From positions 32,583 through 96,582 of the forward strand of contig NMRA01000748.1 of assembly GCA_002633005.1 (NCBI GenBank): a stretch of 64,000 nucleotides of DNA, given 5' to 3'. The position numbers and the translations under genes were made by a program. This document shows, one piece after another, positions 1 through 33,300 of this stretch. Origin of the DNA: Phoronis australis (taxonomy: Eukaryota > Animalia > Phoronida). Every line of letters begins with the position of its first letter. Position 1 is the stretch's first letter. The notes beneath the pieces were generated by a model. The model saw nothing but the letters and a program-made list of their open reading frames with translations, did no database searches and was not told where the DNA came from.

Positions 1-233
1 GCCATTGGCAGACCGGCGCACCCTTAAATGAACGCTGCCCAACTGGATTTATTTTTGGTAGCAGACGAAGTCACACAAATCTATTAAAATGCAAGTTCCC
101 AAAAATCGATTCTGAAAGGGACAAAAATACTAATGTTACCCATAATTCCTCCTAATTGGTACATAGATTTGAGGCCTTATTGGTTAATTGCAGCCTGTAG
201 CATTTTGAGTAATAATCCTCCGTCTTCTTGCAG

Positions 234-20777
<20,544 letters not shown>

Positions 20778-21730
20778 AACTAACTTCATGCATTTGCCTG
20801 TCTATGAACTGAATTGTTTCAATGTGGTGGCTCGATGTTAGAGGGAAACAACAGGCAGTGAAACCGAGACTGCTGTGAACTGATAAGCCTAACTGAAGCC
20901 CTGGCCTCAGAAGGCCATCAGATGTCAATACAAGTATTTTGAGACTCAAATGTAGTGCTTACTAGTATATTGGGTCACTTGTTGCTAAACAGTACTTTTG
21001 ACAACAAACGTATATTCTGGCCAGGTAATCTTACCTTCTCTCTATGCTATTGTGTGGTAGTTGGCTTGATATCCGATTTTTCAACTTTAATAACGACAAC
21101 AAAGGAGTAAAGGCTAATTTTTGACATAATCCAGTCGGTTGTGATTTTTTACTGGACACCGATGTGCTAATCGTATTGTACAACAGAATGATTCAGAAAG
21201 TCTAGTCCCAATATTGGCCCCAAATTGTTCTGGGATTCCTGCATGGACCAGTGAATTGTTGAGAGTTAGTATTTTTATTTTGTACATAATTGACGACTAT
21301 ATAACCAATGACACGTACATAATACTGCTGATTTTGTATTATAATGAATTGTGAGTTTTAGTAGTTAATTGTTGTTTAGGTCATATAGAAGTTGCTGTTT
21401 AGTGCAAATTATAGAACTGGAAAAATAGAACATTTAGATAGTCTTTGTAAAGTTTGCAAGTCATTGGGCGTTTAAATGAAAATTATTATAAATTAAAGTC
21501 GATAACTTCATACCTCGAATACATTTGTAGAAAATAACGTTATTTCTCACATAACCTGAAATGTGTTACGACACGACTGGTTAATAACACAGAGTACATA
21601 ATTTTTTTGATATTACATGGGCGAATCACAAAATTGTGCAAAGTATAAATCCATACGCCTTACATTTTATCATCTGCAAAACATTAAAACAAACCTAATC
21701 CACACCAATCAAACAGTGCCGGAATTCCGA

Positions 21731-24592
21731 GGTGACAAGGTTATGATTGACAAATTGGGTGTCGCAACTGAATGTTCTCTCAGTCGGAAAGACATGCAAA
21801 CCAACTTAAACGGACCCACCTTCAGTGGCAAATTCCATACCCACGTTTATTCAAACGGAGACGAACCCCAACTCAAGAAACGCACGTTTTTTCAAGGTTT
21901 AATATTTTTTTTTTTTTTTTATGTATTTATTAGGTTTAATATTGCAACTTCAAAGACTATTAGATTCTAACTTTATATTGCATAAGGGTATTTTGACAAA
22001 AGTTGCGTCATGTGGTTGAAAGTTTTAGACACAGATTTTCGGCAAAAAAGATCATTTTTAAGGTTCATGTGAGAAAACAAATCCTACATTGGTCTCGAGG
22101 TTTATGACATGGAAACTTCGTCAAATTCCATCGCCAAGCCTCAGGATTTTGACGAAATTTCCAAGAGGTTTTGCCCATGTCATAAACGTGAGACTCGTGT
22201 AGGATTCTCTATGTATGAAAAGCACGATTCCAAGTAAAAATAGCTTTATTCAGATAACTTGACACATTTCTGTCTTTCCTGAAAGGGTTCTAGATTTGTG
22301 GTCTGCAATAACAATGCAGACTTTCCAGCTCTTCTAAAATTCTTAAGCATTCTCTGCATTCCTAAAATTTTTAATTTTTTGCCAGTTTTGGGTCATTTCC
22401 TAATATTTTGCTACTTTTTGTCATTCTGTCTGATCACACGACAGTACTGTGGTAGGCATGTCTATTATTGTTTAACTAGAAAAGCATGATCACTTAGAGA
22501 CTGATACAATTGAGCTCCCATGATTTTTCGTCTCTACACACACACTATGGACTTTTGTCAGTACACTACAAGGTCTAATCCTGGTTATACCTTTGCAAAA
22601 TGGCTGCCACTGAAGTGATTGGTCTGCAATGTTCGTAATGTCAAATAAAATTGGCTAAAATTTCTCGTACAAGAATACATGAAGACTTGGAACAAGTATC
22701 AAGTACTGAGCTTAAGTTATTATATGTTTATTTTAAAACAATGATGCCCAAAGTATGCAAATAGCAGGACACACTTTTCAGCCAGTAACAGGTTATCTCC
22801 AACAACGTTTGAAATCAAAGTTTGTAATTTATTCCAAAAAGAAAGTACATGCTCACATTCCAAAAACAAGTGGTTAAAAATTTCTACAAGCACACAAATT
22901 GAGCATTTGTCGTTTTCGATTATTTTCATTTTGAATTCTTTAAAAATATATTTGGATTAAACTTTTTTATGAATGTGATAATACTTAAAAACTTTCGAAT
23001 GAAGATGGAGCAACAGTTCAAAAGGCACAACATAAATATGATTTGCTGGACATCAAATAATTCTAACAAACGGTTATACATCAGGAACTGATATCTCTCT
23101 GGAAAGTAATACATCTTTGGTCCACCGCGTATCAATCTGATCCCGTGCAGTCATGCATGCCACTGGCTCTGTCATTNTCCAAGGTGACAAGGTTATGATT
23201 GACAAATTGGGTGTCGCAACTGAATGTACTCCCAGTCGGAAAGACATGCAAACCAACTTAAACGGACCCACCTTCAGTGGCAAATTCCATACCCACGTTT
23301 ATTCAAACGGAGACGAACCCCAACTCAAGAAACGCACGTTTTTCAAGTTTTAATATCGCAACTTCAAAGACTATTAGATTCTAACTTTACATTGCATAAG
23401 GGTATTTTGACAAAAGTTGCGTCATGTGGTTGAAAGTTTTAGACACAGATTTTCGGCAAAAAAAGATCATTTTTACGGTTCATGTGAGAAAACAAATCCT
23501 ACATTGGTCTCGAGGTTTATGACATGGAAACTTCGTCAAAATCCATCACCAAGCCTTGGGATTTTGACGAAATTTCCAAGAGGTTTTACCCATGTCATAA
23601 ACCTGAGACTTGTGTAGGATTCTCTATGTATGAAAAGCACGATTCCAAGTAAAAATAGCTTTATTCAGATAACTTGACACATTTCTGTCTTTCCTGAAAG
23701 GGTTCTAGATTTGTGGTCTGCAATAACAATGCAGACTTTCCAGCTTTTCTAAAATTCTTAAGCATTCTCTGCATTCCTAAAATTTTTAATTTTTTGCCAG
23801 TTTTGGGTCATTTCCTAATATTTTGCTACTTTTTGTCATTCTGTCTGATAACATGACAGTACTGTGGTAGGCATGTCTATTATTGTTTAACTAGAAAAGC
23901 ATGATCACTTAGAGACTGATACAATTGAGCTCCAATGATTTTTCGTCTCTACACACACACTATGGACTTTTGTCAGTACACTACAAGGTCTAATCCTGGT
24001 TATATAACTTTGCAAAATGGCTGCCACTGAAGTGATTGGTCTGCAATGTTAGTAATGTCAAATAAAATTGGCTAAAATTTCTCGTACAAGAATACATGAA
24101 GACTTGGAACAAGTATCAAGTACTGAGCTTAAGTTATTATATGTTTATTTTAAAACAATGATGCCCAAAGTATGCAAATAGCAGGACACACTTTTCAGCC
24201 AGTAACAGGTTAACTCCAATAACGTTTGAAATCAAAGTTTGTAATTTATTCTAAAAAGAAGTACATGCTCACATTCCAAAAACAAGTGGTTAAAAATTTC
24301 TACAAGCACACAAAATGAGCATTTGTCGTTTTCGATTATTTTCATTTTGAATTCTTTAAAAATATATTTGGATTAAACTTTTTTATGAATGTGATAATAC
24401 TTAAAAAGTTTCGAATGAAGATGGAGCAACAGTTCAAAAGGCACAACATAAATATGATTTGCTGGACATCAAATAATTCTAACAAACGGTTATACATCAG
24501 GAACTGATATCTCTCTGGAAAGTAATACATCTTTGGTCCACCGCGTATCAATCTGATCCCGTGCAGTCATGCATGCCACTGGCTCTGTCATT
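21731..24592. repeat. ~1.44-kb direct duplication joined at a single N (probable uncollapsed haplotype overlap)
   Basis: 21731-23176 is nearly identical to 23183-24592; N at 23177. Confidence 0.85.
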
Positions 24593-25350
24593 AATCGCAA
24601 TATTTGAAATTTTCATTGCCTTGGCCAGGGCATTGTATTTTATCCAATTGCTTAATTTGTACTTTTCCTTTAAAACCTCCCAAGATATTTAAATAAGTAT
24701 TGAACAAAAACTATTCCAGCATCGCAGTAGCTGATGTAGAACAGTTTTTCCATTTATCAAAATGTTTTTTGTTATTCCAAACAACTTGATTTTTCAAACC
24801 AGTATTCTTATGTAAGTAGTCTGTTATTTGCTCCCACGACCATAACAAATAGGTTGAAATATTTTATAAGCAATTTTGTGTAAGCATAACTACATTTTAA
24901 GAAATTTTGCGGGTGGACGGTAAGCCAACCACAGCCGTTAACCCAGATTCGTAGCGTCCTTAACGTGTCAAAAATGATTCTAAGCATGTTGTCTGTGATT
25001 ACAAACTGGTATTGCACAAATGAACAGGAGAGAATAACTTGAATGTACAGAACCTTTTGTGCCATAATTTTATGATTATGTGAAAACTTGGGCAAAAATG
25101 TGAGAAAATGGTGGCCAAGCTTGAACAGCATTTTAGCTTGATTATTTTTTGGCAGAAAGGATTATTCAAGCTCTGTGAATTTTGTACACCGAAAAATATA
25201 TAGGGGCAGTCATATACGGTTTGGTTCCTTGATCAAACGTTTGATGGAGTACATAACTAAATTTGAAAGAGCTTGACCATGGCTCAATGGAACATCAGCA
25301 TATTTGACACTTTTCTCCTAGCTTGCCAAGTTTGGAAAACCTCGTCTGTT
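24060..25350 (-). mobile_element. Degenerate L1/Tx1-type LINE 3' fragment (partial second copy at ~22640-23176)
   Basis: KCSICVLVEIFNHLFLECEHVLSFW (zf-RVT-like CCHC, intact in the 22.8-kb copy) and a VWNNK motif; frameshifts and stops. Confidence 0.65.
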
Positions 25351-27458
25351 CAGTTAGGAACCATTGCTTTACAAGCTGGTCAGAATTGCAAATCAAGCTC
25401 ACCATCTTAAGCGAATTCGGTCACTAACCAAACCTCAGTTTCTTACTGAATGATGATGTGCTCAGTGTTCACGCGTGACAAAATAGCGCGATCATGCAGT
25501 ACACTTTACTAAAATAAAGACATCTGCCACATTGCTAGCACTGGTGTGGTTGATTAAGACTGTGGACTCTTGAGCTTGATTATCGCAATATGCTTTCAGC
25601 AGGATTTCATGGGCACTTTCCTGAACTCCTGCACTGGATGCTGCTGACATTGCCAGAGATGATGACCTCCGAGTCAGTGTATATGCCTCGGCGCTGGTCT
25701 TGGGCTCTACCACCCGTGTGGCAATCAAATGATGCACAAATCAAACAGCATGGACGGTAACTACAACACACAATGAACAACATTGTTGGTCAAGCATTGG
25801 GGGTACATAACTGCTACTGTCACAACTGTGACTATTTTTAATACAAACGAGCAGAACAAGAGGATATTGAACCCTCAGATCACTTTACCATGCCTGAGGG
25901 GCACTCCAGTCTATCACAACTAAACCGCCACGCCATCCACTTACCTTTCCCATTGGCCGGCATCATCAGAGTTACTTTTAGTTCTCTAGATTGAACGCCA
26001 GATGGCGTAGTTGAATAATACTGTCGATCTAATAGCATTGGATTACAGATCACTAAACCATTCTCACACCTTTTATGATGAATAATGCCAGGCTCAGCAG
26101 TATTAATTATTCACTTTCAGATTTCTATTATCTTGTTCCTCTAATCGTGGATTTTTTTTGAGACATTTCTCTGATGTGTTGCAACTAACTGTTGTGGAAA
26201 ACAGTAGACAATGACAAATTTCTCATGTAATTAAATTTGGGACCTCTACTGATTACTCCTGTCTAAGTCGAATTAACGTTTTCTAATGCATTGGAGTTGT
26301 GCAACACCACACTGTCATCCACCTATTTTCAAAGGAGTGGTGTTTAGTGGGACTTCTCGAGCATGCGCACACCCAGGGGGGGCTCAAATTTTTCGGTACA
26401 CTGGCCTTTTACTGACTTTTTGTTTCATTGAGGCAGACCTTTTTGCCCAATTTGCCAAATTGTGAAGCTCGCTCGAGCCCTGAGCCCCCCTAGGTGTGCT
26501 CATGCCGAGCGCACAAAAAATTTCAAGGCAACAAAAAGATAACACATCTAGGAACAGATTAAAGCACAGCCACACAGCAAAATTACGCGAACAAGCTAAA
26601 CAATGCGAGTTTGGTGATGGCTGTGACGACAGAACTTTCAACTGGAGCATATCATTCAGACCATTTTGAGCAAAACCCAGACAGCCGTCAACAAGATATG
26701 CACACATCAGTACAATTCAAAGACATGAAAGCAACATTAGACCATGTAGTGCGGGTAGCGAAAGTGAAACAACAAAGACCAGCAACACAGAGAAAACAGC
26801 ACCACAAGCAGTCCATGACATAGCAATACCCGACATATCATTACTGTGGATACACTGGGAAACGCCCAGCTGGTAGAGACTGCCCAACATTCGAACAGAC
26901 ATGCAGCAAGTGTGTATGTCAAGCCAGTTTCAAAAGGCAAATGAAAGTACGGGACAGAAAGCAAGGTGCTAGAAAGGTGGAAATTAGACTCGTGAAGAAA
27001 ACCATGTACTCGGAAAGACATGAGACAATGATTTTTTAAGCTCCCATGGTGAATTGTTCACACAGGCTGGGAAGCTTCTACAACACTGGGTGAAGAAAAC
27101 AACTAGAAAACTCTTACTAGCTATTGACAGGTACGAATAGAACCATGGACAGTGCATGATGCCGATAGTAATATCATGGATGAACACCACTACCAGAGAC
27201 ATTTGATTCACCAATCTGCCAACCAGCACCTGTTAGCACACAGCAAAACAAAACTTAGCACACGGCAATGTGATTTAAAAAGTTCAACTTAAGCAAGTAT
27301 GCATTTGGTGTTGAAAAAATCAAGTTCTATATGGATAAAAACGTTTCTCCAAAGATGGTGTCAAACCCATACCAGACAAAGTCGAAGATATCTAGAATAG
27401 TTTGGTCAATACAGAGGTGGACACAAAAACAGTATCAATGGCCACTAGGTGGCGGAGA

Positions 27459-27499
<41 letters not shown>

Positions 27500-27507
27500 C
27501 ACACACA
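27459..27507. repeat. (CA)n microsatellite
   Basis: Seen directly. Confidence 0.9.
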
Positions 27508-27650
27508 GATTGTGTGAAAAATGCTGAATTTCACAATCCTGCAAGTGGTAAAGGATACATAGAGCTGAAAACACAGAATATTAAAGATTACCTTGAGTAG
27601 GCAGCATAAGTAGGAGGCTCGCCTTGTGGAAAGGCAAATGCCGGACGCTA

Positions 27651-28348
27651 CTGAAACCCCCTCAACCACCTCGACTCACAACCCCTTCGACCCAAAGTCC
27701 TGTCGACCCAGTCTACACAAGCTCGACTCGATCTGAACATAGAACAAGCGCTGACTTGTAGGACTTATCAGCAATGGGGCATGAGCTCGGATGGCCCTTC
27801 CCTGTTTTTTTTTTGCAATTAAGGCAGTCGATTTGGAAAGTTTGAAAGCCAAACACAGAAAAAAACAACGCGACTAAATCAAATCAGAGACCTACCAACG
27901 TTACAAATGTCGTTCTCGGCGGAGTGGAATCGTCTCGTCTGCTTTTCAGTGAATTGCAGTAATTTCACCGGTAAATACAGTCTGAAAAACTGTTAACTAA
28001 AAATAAATTAATATTCATTTCAACATTATATGGAGTACATTGTAAACGAGTACAAATATTAAAATATGAAATTACATTCACATATTCTCTCCCTACGTTT
28101 ATTAGAACTGGGCTATTGATAACCGCTCTTGGATCTATTTCCGTGACAACGATAGCGCGCTCACAATGCGCTATTCAAGACCACTAGCCTTCTCATATCA
28201 CTTTCTGTTGTTCACTGAGTCAGTGCAGAATCGCGTGTAGGTATATGGAAAATCACTCGGCGACGTAGTAAGATTATGAAAAACATAAAAAAGCGCACAG
28301 GTCGTGGGTCGAGGGGGGTTGGGGTCGTGGAGGTTGAGGGGGTTTCAG
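27651..28348. mobile_element. Non-autonomous TIR element with TA flanks (Tc1/mariner-type)
   Basis: TA|ctgaaaccccctcaacc...ggttgagggggtttcag|TA. Confidence 0.72.
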
Positions 28349-28844
28349 TACAATCCGCAAATGCCAACGACCGACTCAAAAATAATAAAAATGGTCACTA
28401 TGTGGCGCTGAATCAATCTAACTGAAAATGGAAAGGCATCATTATCTTCTTGAACCCAAAGAAATCAAAGATGCAGCGACAAAGCTTAAAATTTAAAATT
28501 GCCACTAGTGGGCAGGGCTGTAATTGGATTAATCAAGAAGTCTATCACTGTAAATTATCTGTTGTAGGCTACCCTAAGGAACATGCACATTTGCCATACT
28601 TCATTTAGTTCCTGCAAAGGGTTTAGGAGATTAGCAGTGAACACTGGACGCCCAAACAGAAATGGCAGCAATATGCACCCACTATATATGGCTTATATGT
28701 GGGTGCAAAAAACCAATAGAATCAGAGAGAGAAGCAAGTCAGATCAGTTCATGAGTCTAAACAGTTCGTGGCGGTTCAGTTGTTACTTAAAATTTTTCTA
28801 GAACTGGAACAACAATTAAACCAAAGAAGCTTCCATTTACCTAG

Positions 28845-30361
28845 CTATTGGGACTCTTGGCAAACATGTTTCCCATGTTCGCTTCTGTCATGGTGTTCCG
28901 GTGCTTCAATTTCATCATAAGAATCTTGATTCATCACGTCCATACCGTGTGGTTGTACATTCTGGTCCGGTGCTTCAATTTCATCATAAGAATCTTGGTT
29001 CATCACGTCCATACCGTGTGGTTGTACATTCTGGTCCGGTGCTTCAATTTCATAATAAGAATCTTGATTCATCATGTCCATACTGTATGGTTGTACATTT
29101 TGGTCCTGTGCTTCAGTTTCATCATTTGAAAATTGTTTCATCACGTCCATACCGTGTGGTTGTACATTCTGGTCCTGTGCTTCAGTTTCATCATATGAAA
29201 ATTGTTTCATCTCGTCCATACCGTGTGGTTGTACATTCTGGTCCTGTGCTTCAGTTTCATCATTTGAAAATTGTTTCATCACGTTCATACCTTGTGGTTG
29301 TACATTCTGGTCCTGTGCTTCAGTTTCATCATATGAAAATTGTTTCATCTCGTCCATACCTTGTGGTTGTACATTCTGGTCCAGTGCTTCAGTTTCATCG
29401 TTTGAAAATTGTTTCATCACGTCCATACCGTGTGGTTGTACATTCTGGTCCTGTGCTTCAGTTTCATCATTTGAAAATTGTTTCATCTTGTCCATACCGT
29501 GTGGTTGTACATTCTGGCCCTGTGCTTCAGTTTCATCATTTGAAAATTGTTTCATCTCGTCCATACCGTGTGGTTGTACATTCTGGTCCTGTGCTTCAGT
29601 TTCATCATTTGAAAATTGTTTCATCACGTTCATACCTTGTGGTTGTACATTCTGGTCCTGTGCTTCAGTTTCATCATATGAAAATTGTTTCATCTCGTCC
29701 ATACCGTGTGGTTGTACATTCTGGTCCTGTGCTTCAGTTTCATCATTTGAAAATTGTTTCATCACGTCCATACCTTGTGGTTGAACATTCTGGTCCTGTG
29801 CTTCAGTTTCATCATTTGAAAATTGTTTCATCTCGTCCATATCTTGTGGTTGTACATTCTGGTCCTGTGCTTCAGTTTCATCATTTGAAAATTGTTCCAT
29901 CTCGTCCATATCTTGTGGTTGTACATTCTGGTCCTGTGCTTCAGTTTCATCATTTGAAAATGGTTGCATCTCATCCATATCTTGTGGTTGTACATTCTGG
30001 TCCTGTGCTTCAGTTTTATCATTTGAAAATTGTTTCATCTCGTCCATACCGTGTGGTTGTACATTCTGGTCCTGTACATCAGGCTCATCAGATGGATCTT
30101 GGCTACTATGGTGACTGTTCCTTGGCCTATCACTGGATCTGTTTTGCCTAGTGACATATTCATTGTGGTGCATGTCTGTCACTGCACATACTGGCATAGT
30201 GCGTTCAATGCATATACTTTTATTAGAATTGCTGACTAAAAAAAACAATAGATTTGCAGCTTCAAAAAATTCTTTTATCACTTCAGACATCTTCGGATGA
30301 GTTTCTTTGGTGTTACAGCGGTCCTTTAAGTATCTATATGAGACACAAGGACAGGAGTTCT
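28845..30361 (-). CDS. Last coding exon: Cys-containing segment plus 17 x 23-aa acidic repeat
   Basis: Acceptor tttttctcttcag|AG; ~505 open codons; unit QDQNVQPHGMDEMKQFSNDETEA; donor gtaaat 4 nt after the stop. Confidence 0.8.
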
Positions 30362-33300
30362 CTGAAGAGAAAAATATCACTCACTAAGACAGGAGCAACG
30401 CAAAGTATGAAAAGCACACATAACTGCATTACAAACAGTATGTTTCTAGGGATGTTTACTGGTATCAAAAATGGCCACTAGGTGCTGCGGAATACATTGA
30501 ACCAGTTCAAAATCTGTATTACCTCATTGTCTCCTCAAAGAAATCAATCTGTGTGTAAAATTTCATGAAAATCTGTCCAGGAAGTCCAACGCAAAAACAA
30601 AATTTCCACCATTAAGGCACAAGGATAGTCTGCAGATCGATTCATTCGAAAGAAGTTGTCATCTGTTGTCACGTTTACAGGAATGTACTTGTCAGATTTC
30701 ACTAATATCTCGAAAGAAGAGTGGCAGCCTAGAACACTTAGCATAGATGAACGAAGTATCAATTACATCTGACCATGGGAGCATTTAGTCAGTCCACCGT
30801 GCAACCCCTGCGGACCTTTCAAGAAGGCCAAAAATAAGCCAGATTAGATATTTGAGGTACAAGCTAAAACTGGACAATAGTACCACACTGAACACCGAAT
30901 GACCCATGACAGACAAATTGCACTTTGGAATGGGTCTTGCAGAAACCAAAAAAGAACCCCCCAAAATGAGCTAGCTCATAGATTCAAGGAACCAAAAAAC
31001 CAATTCCATGATTCAATTGTCCCTGATCACTGAATACCCCATAACAGACAAAATACACTCTGGGTTGTGCTCGCCAGAAACCCCCCAAAAATGTCAACCA
31101 TCATCTTTGAAAATTTCAGTTAGAGTAGGTATTCGAGGTATGCAGCTAAAGCTGATTTAAAACGAACAATAGTAATGACCTATGGCAGACAGATTGCACA
31201 GTGGAAAAGGATCCCCATAAATGATCCAGCTCATACATTCAAGGTACCATAAAAACCATTCCATTTGATTGAATACATGTCACTCAGGTCACTGTCTTTG
31301 GGTTGTGCCAGCCAGAAATCCCAAAAAATCTCAACCACATTGTGCCATCAAAAGTTTAAGCTAAATTAGATATTCGAGGTACCGGCTAAAACTGACTTAA
31401 AATCAACAATCATGCCGCAGTGAACACCGAGTGATACACGACACACAAATTGTCCTAGCTCTGGAAAGGGCCCGCCAGAAACTCAAAAACGATGCATAAA
31501 AAGGAGCTATATAGCTCATACATTTGAAGTACCACAATAATCAATTCCATGTGATTCAAATAGAAATTACTGGTTAGTAAATGCACAGTGTGACAGACAA
31601 AACTGACTCTGGGTTATGCATGCCAGCCCCAAAGATCTGAACTACATAAATTCTGTTGAAACTGCTTGATATAGTAGAAATTGAAGATCATGGTCGAGTC
31701 TTGATAGAGTTTCGTAGAATCAAGAATTTCTATAAGGAAGGTGTTGTGATGCTTTTGAGTTATTGCAGTGAATTCAAATGGATGACGGCGGAAAGTAAGT
31801 ATTTTGGAAAATACCTAATAACAGTAACACTTTGGGATACCATGAACTGTCAAAAAACAACCCATTAAGTGATGATTAAGTCCGCAGCTATTGTAGCATC
31901 ATGAGGAATGGAAATGGTCCCGTTTTTTTTCCGTTTTAGTTGAGCAGGAAATTACTATTATGTTATGTGATAGTGTGTAAATTCAGTCATGAGTGAAAAA
32001 GCGAGCCACTTAGATGGTGCGGCGGAATGGCAGAAAAATTAAACAAGAGCAACGCGGAGCATTGAAATGCGCCCACGAATACATAGAAAATGGTGTGCTT
32101 TTAGGGTTACTTATTTGCATCATAAAAATAACCACCCCTGGCGCAAAAACGTAAAATCCATCCAAAAAGAAGAACGTGCCATATTTCATAAAAATCTGTC
32201 AAAGAACTTGGCAAACAGAACAAAATGAAATAGCCACTTGTGGGCACAGTGTCCGTTCGATCTGCCTGAAAGTCGTCGTCTGTTATCTTCATATAAATTC
32301 ACTTACTAAATTTAATAAAGATCCTGCAGTGGGTTTTGGATATATAGCTATCGGGGAAAACAAAACTACCACTAGGAGACGCCACAGTAGTCAGTCGCCA
32401 TCATCAAACGTCGTCTTCACACTGAAAACATATACGCCAATTTTAAAAACCATCCCTAGAATGATTTGATTGAGGGGACTGGATGCAAAAAGCAAGATTT
32501 GAAAACAGCACAAATGGCCACCAGGTGGCGCAAAATACCATTCCATCCAAAAACAGGATGATAGCGTCATCTCACCAATAGATGCCTATATTGATTTCAA
32601 AGTTTTATGAAAATCTGTTGAGGACCTTAGTGAAGATAGTGGTAAACATAAAAAACTAAAATTGCCACTAGGGGGCACACCAAAAGTTAGATCTGCCCGA
32701 AAGTAGTCGTCGTCTGTTCCCAACATCATATAAATACACTTGCTAAATTAAGTAAAGACCCTGCGAACAGTTTAGGAGATACAGCGATTATCGCAAAAAA
32801 AAAAAACTGCCACTAGGAGGCGCCACAGTAGTCAAACTCGTCGGAAAATCATCGTCAGCCATCCACTTTATAGTAGAAACATGCATACATGCCAATTTTC
32901 ACCATTATCCTGAAAACGGTTTGGTTGATAGGCGAGTGGAGGCCAAAAAACATACTCGAAAACAATAAAAGTGGTCACTAGGTGGTGCAAACTAGGTCGA
33001 ATCCATCTGAAAACAGAGAGATAGCGTCACCTCATTAACAGATGCCTGTATGCCAAATTTCATGAAAATACGTTGAGGACCTTTGAACATGCAAAGGTAA
33101 GCGTAAAAAGATGAAATTGCCACTAGGTGGCACACCAGTAGTCAGATGCGTCCGAAAGTTGTTGTCGCTCGTTCTCAACATTAAACTACACTTACTAAAT
33201 TTAGTAAAGATCCTTCGAACAGTTTAGAAGATACAGCCATAGGCACAAAAAAAACTGCCACTAGGAGGCGCCACAGTAGTTGAAATCATCGGAAAATCAT

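Noticed and set aside
21731-24592. 1.44-kb tandem duplication as a biological event
   Set aside because: The junction is a single N and the copies differ only slightly, so a scaffolding overlap of two haplotypes is more likely.
28897-30075. CRISPR-like regular repeat (also considered for the 79-bp array at 50832-51220)
   Set aside because: Contiguous units with no unique spacers, no cas genes, and a eukaryotic context.
28848-30151. Plus-strand ORFs of 416 aa and 236 aa (Cys-rich) over the 69-bp repeat
   Set aside because: Antisense shadows of a stop-poor repeat. Only the minus frame extends well into unique sequence and links to upstream exons by splice sites.
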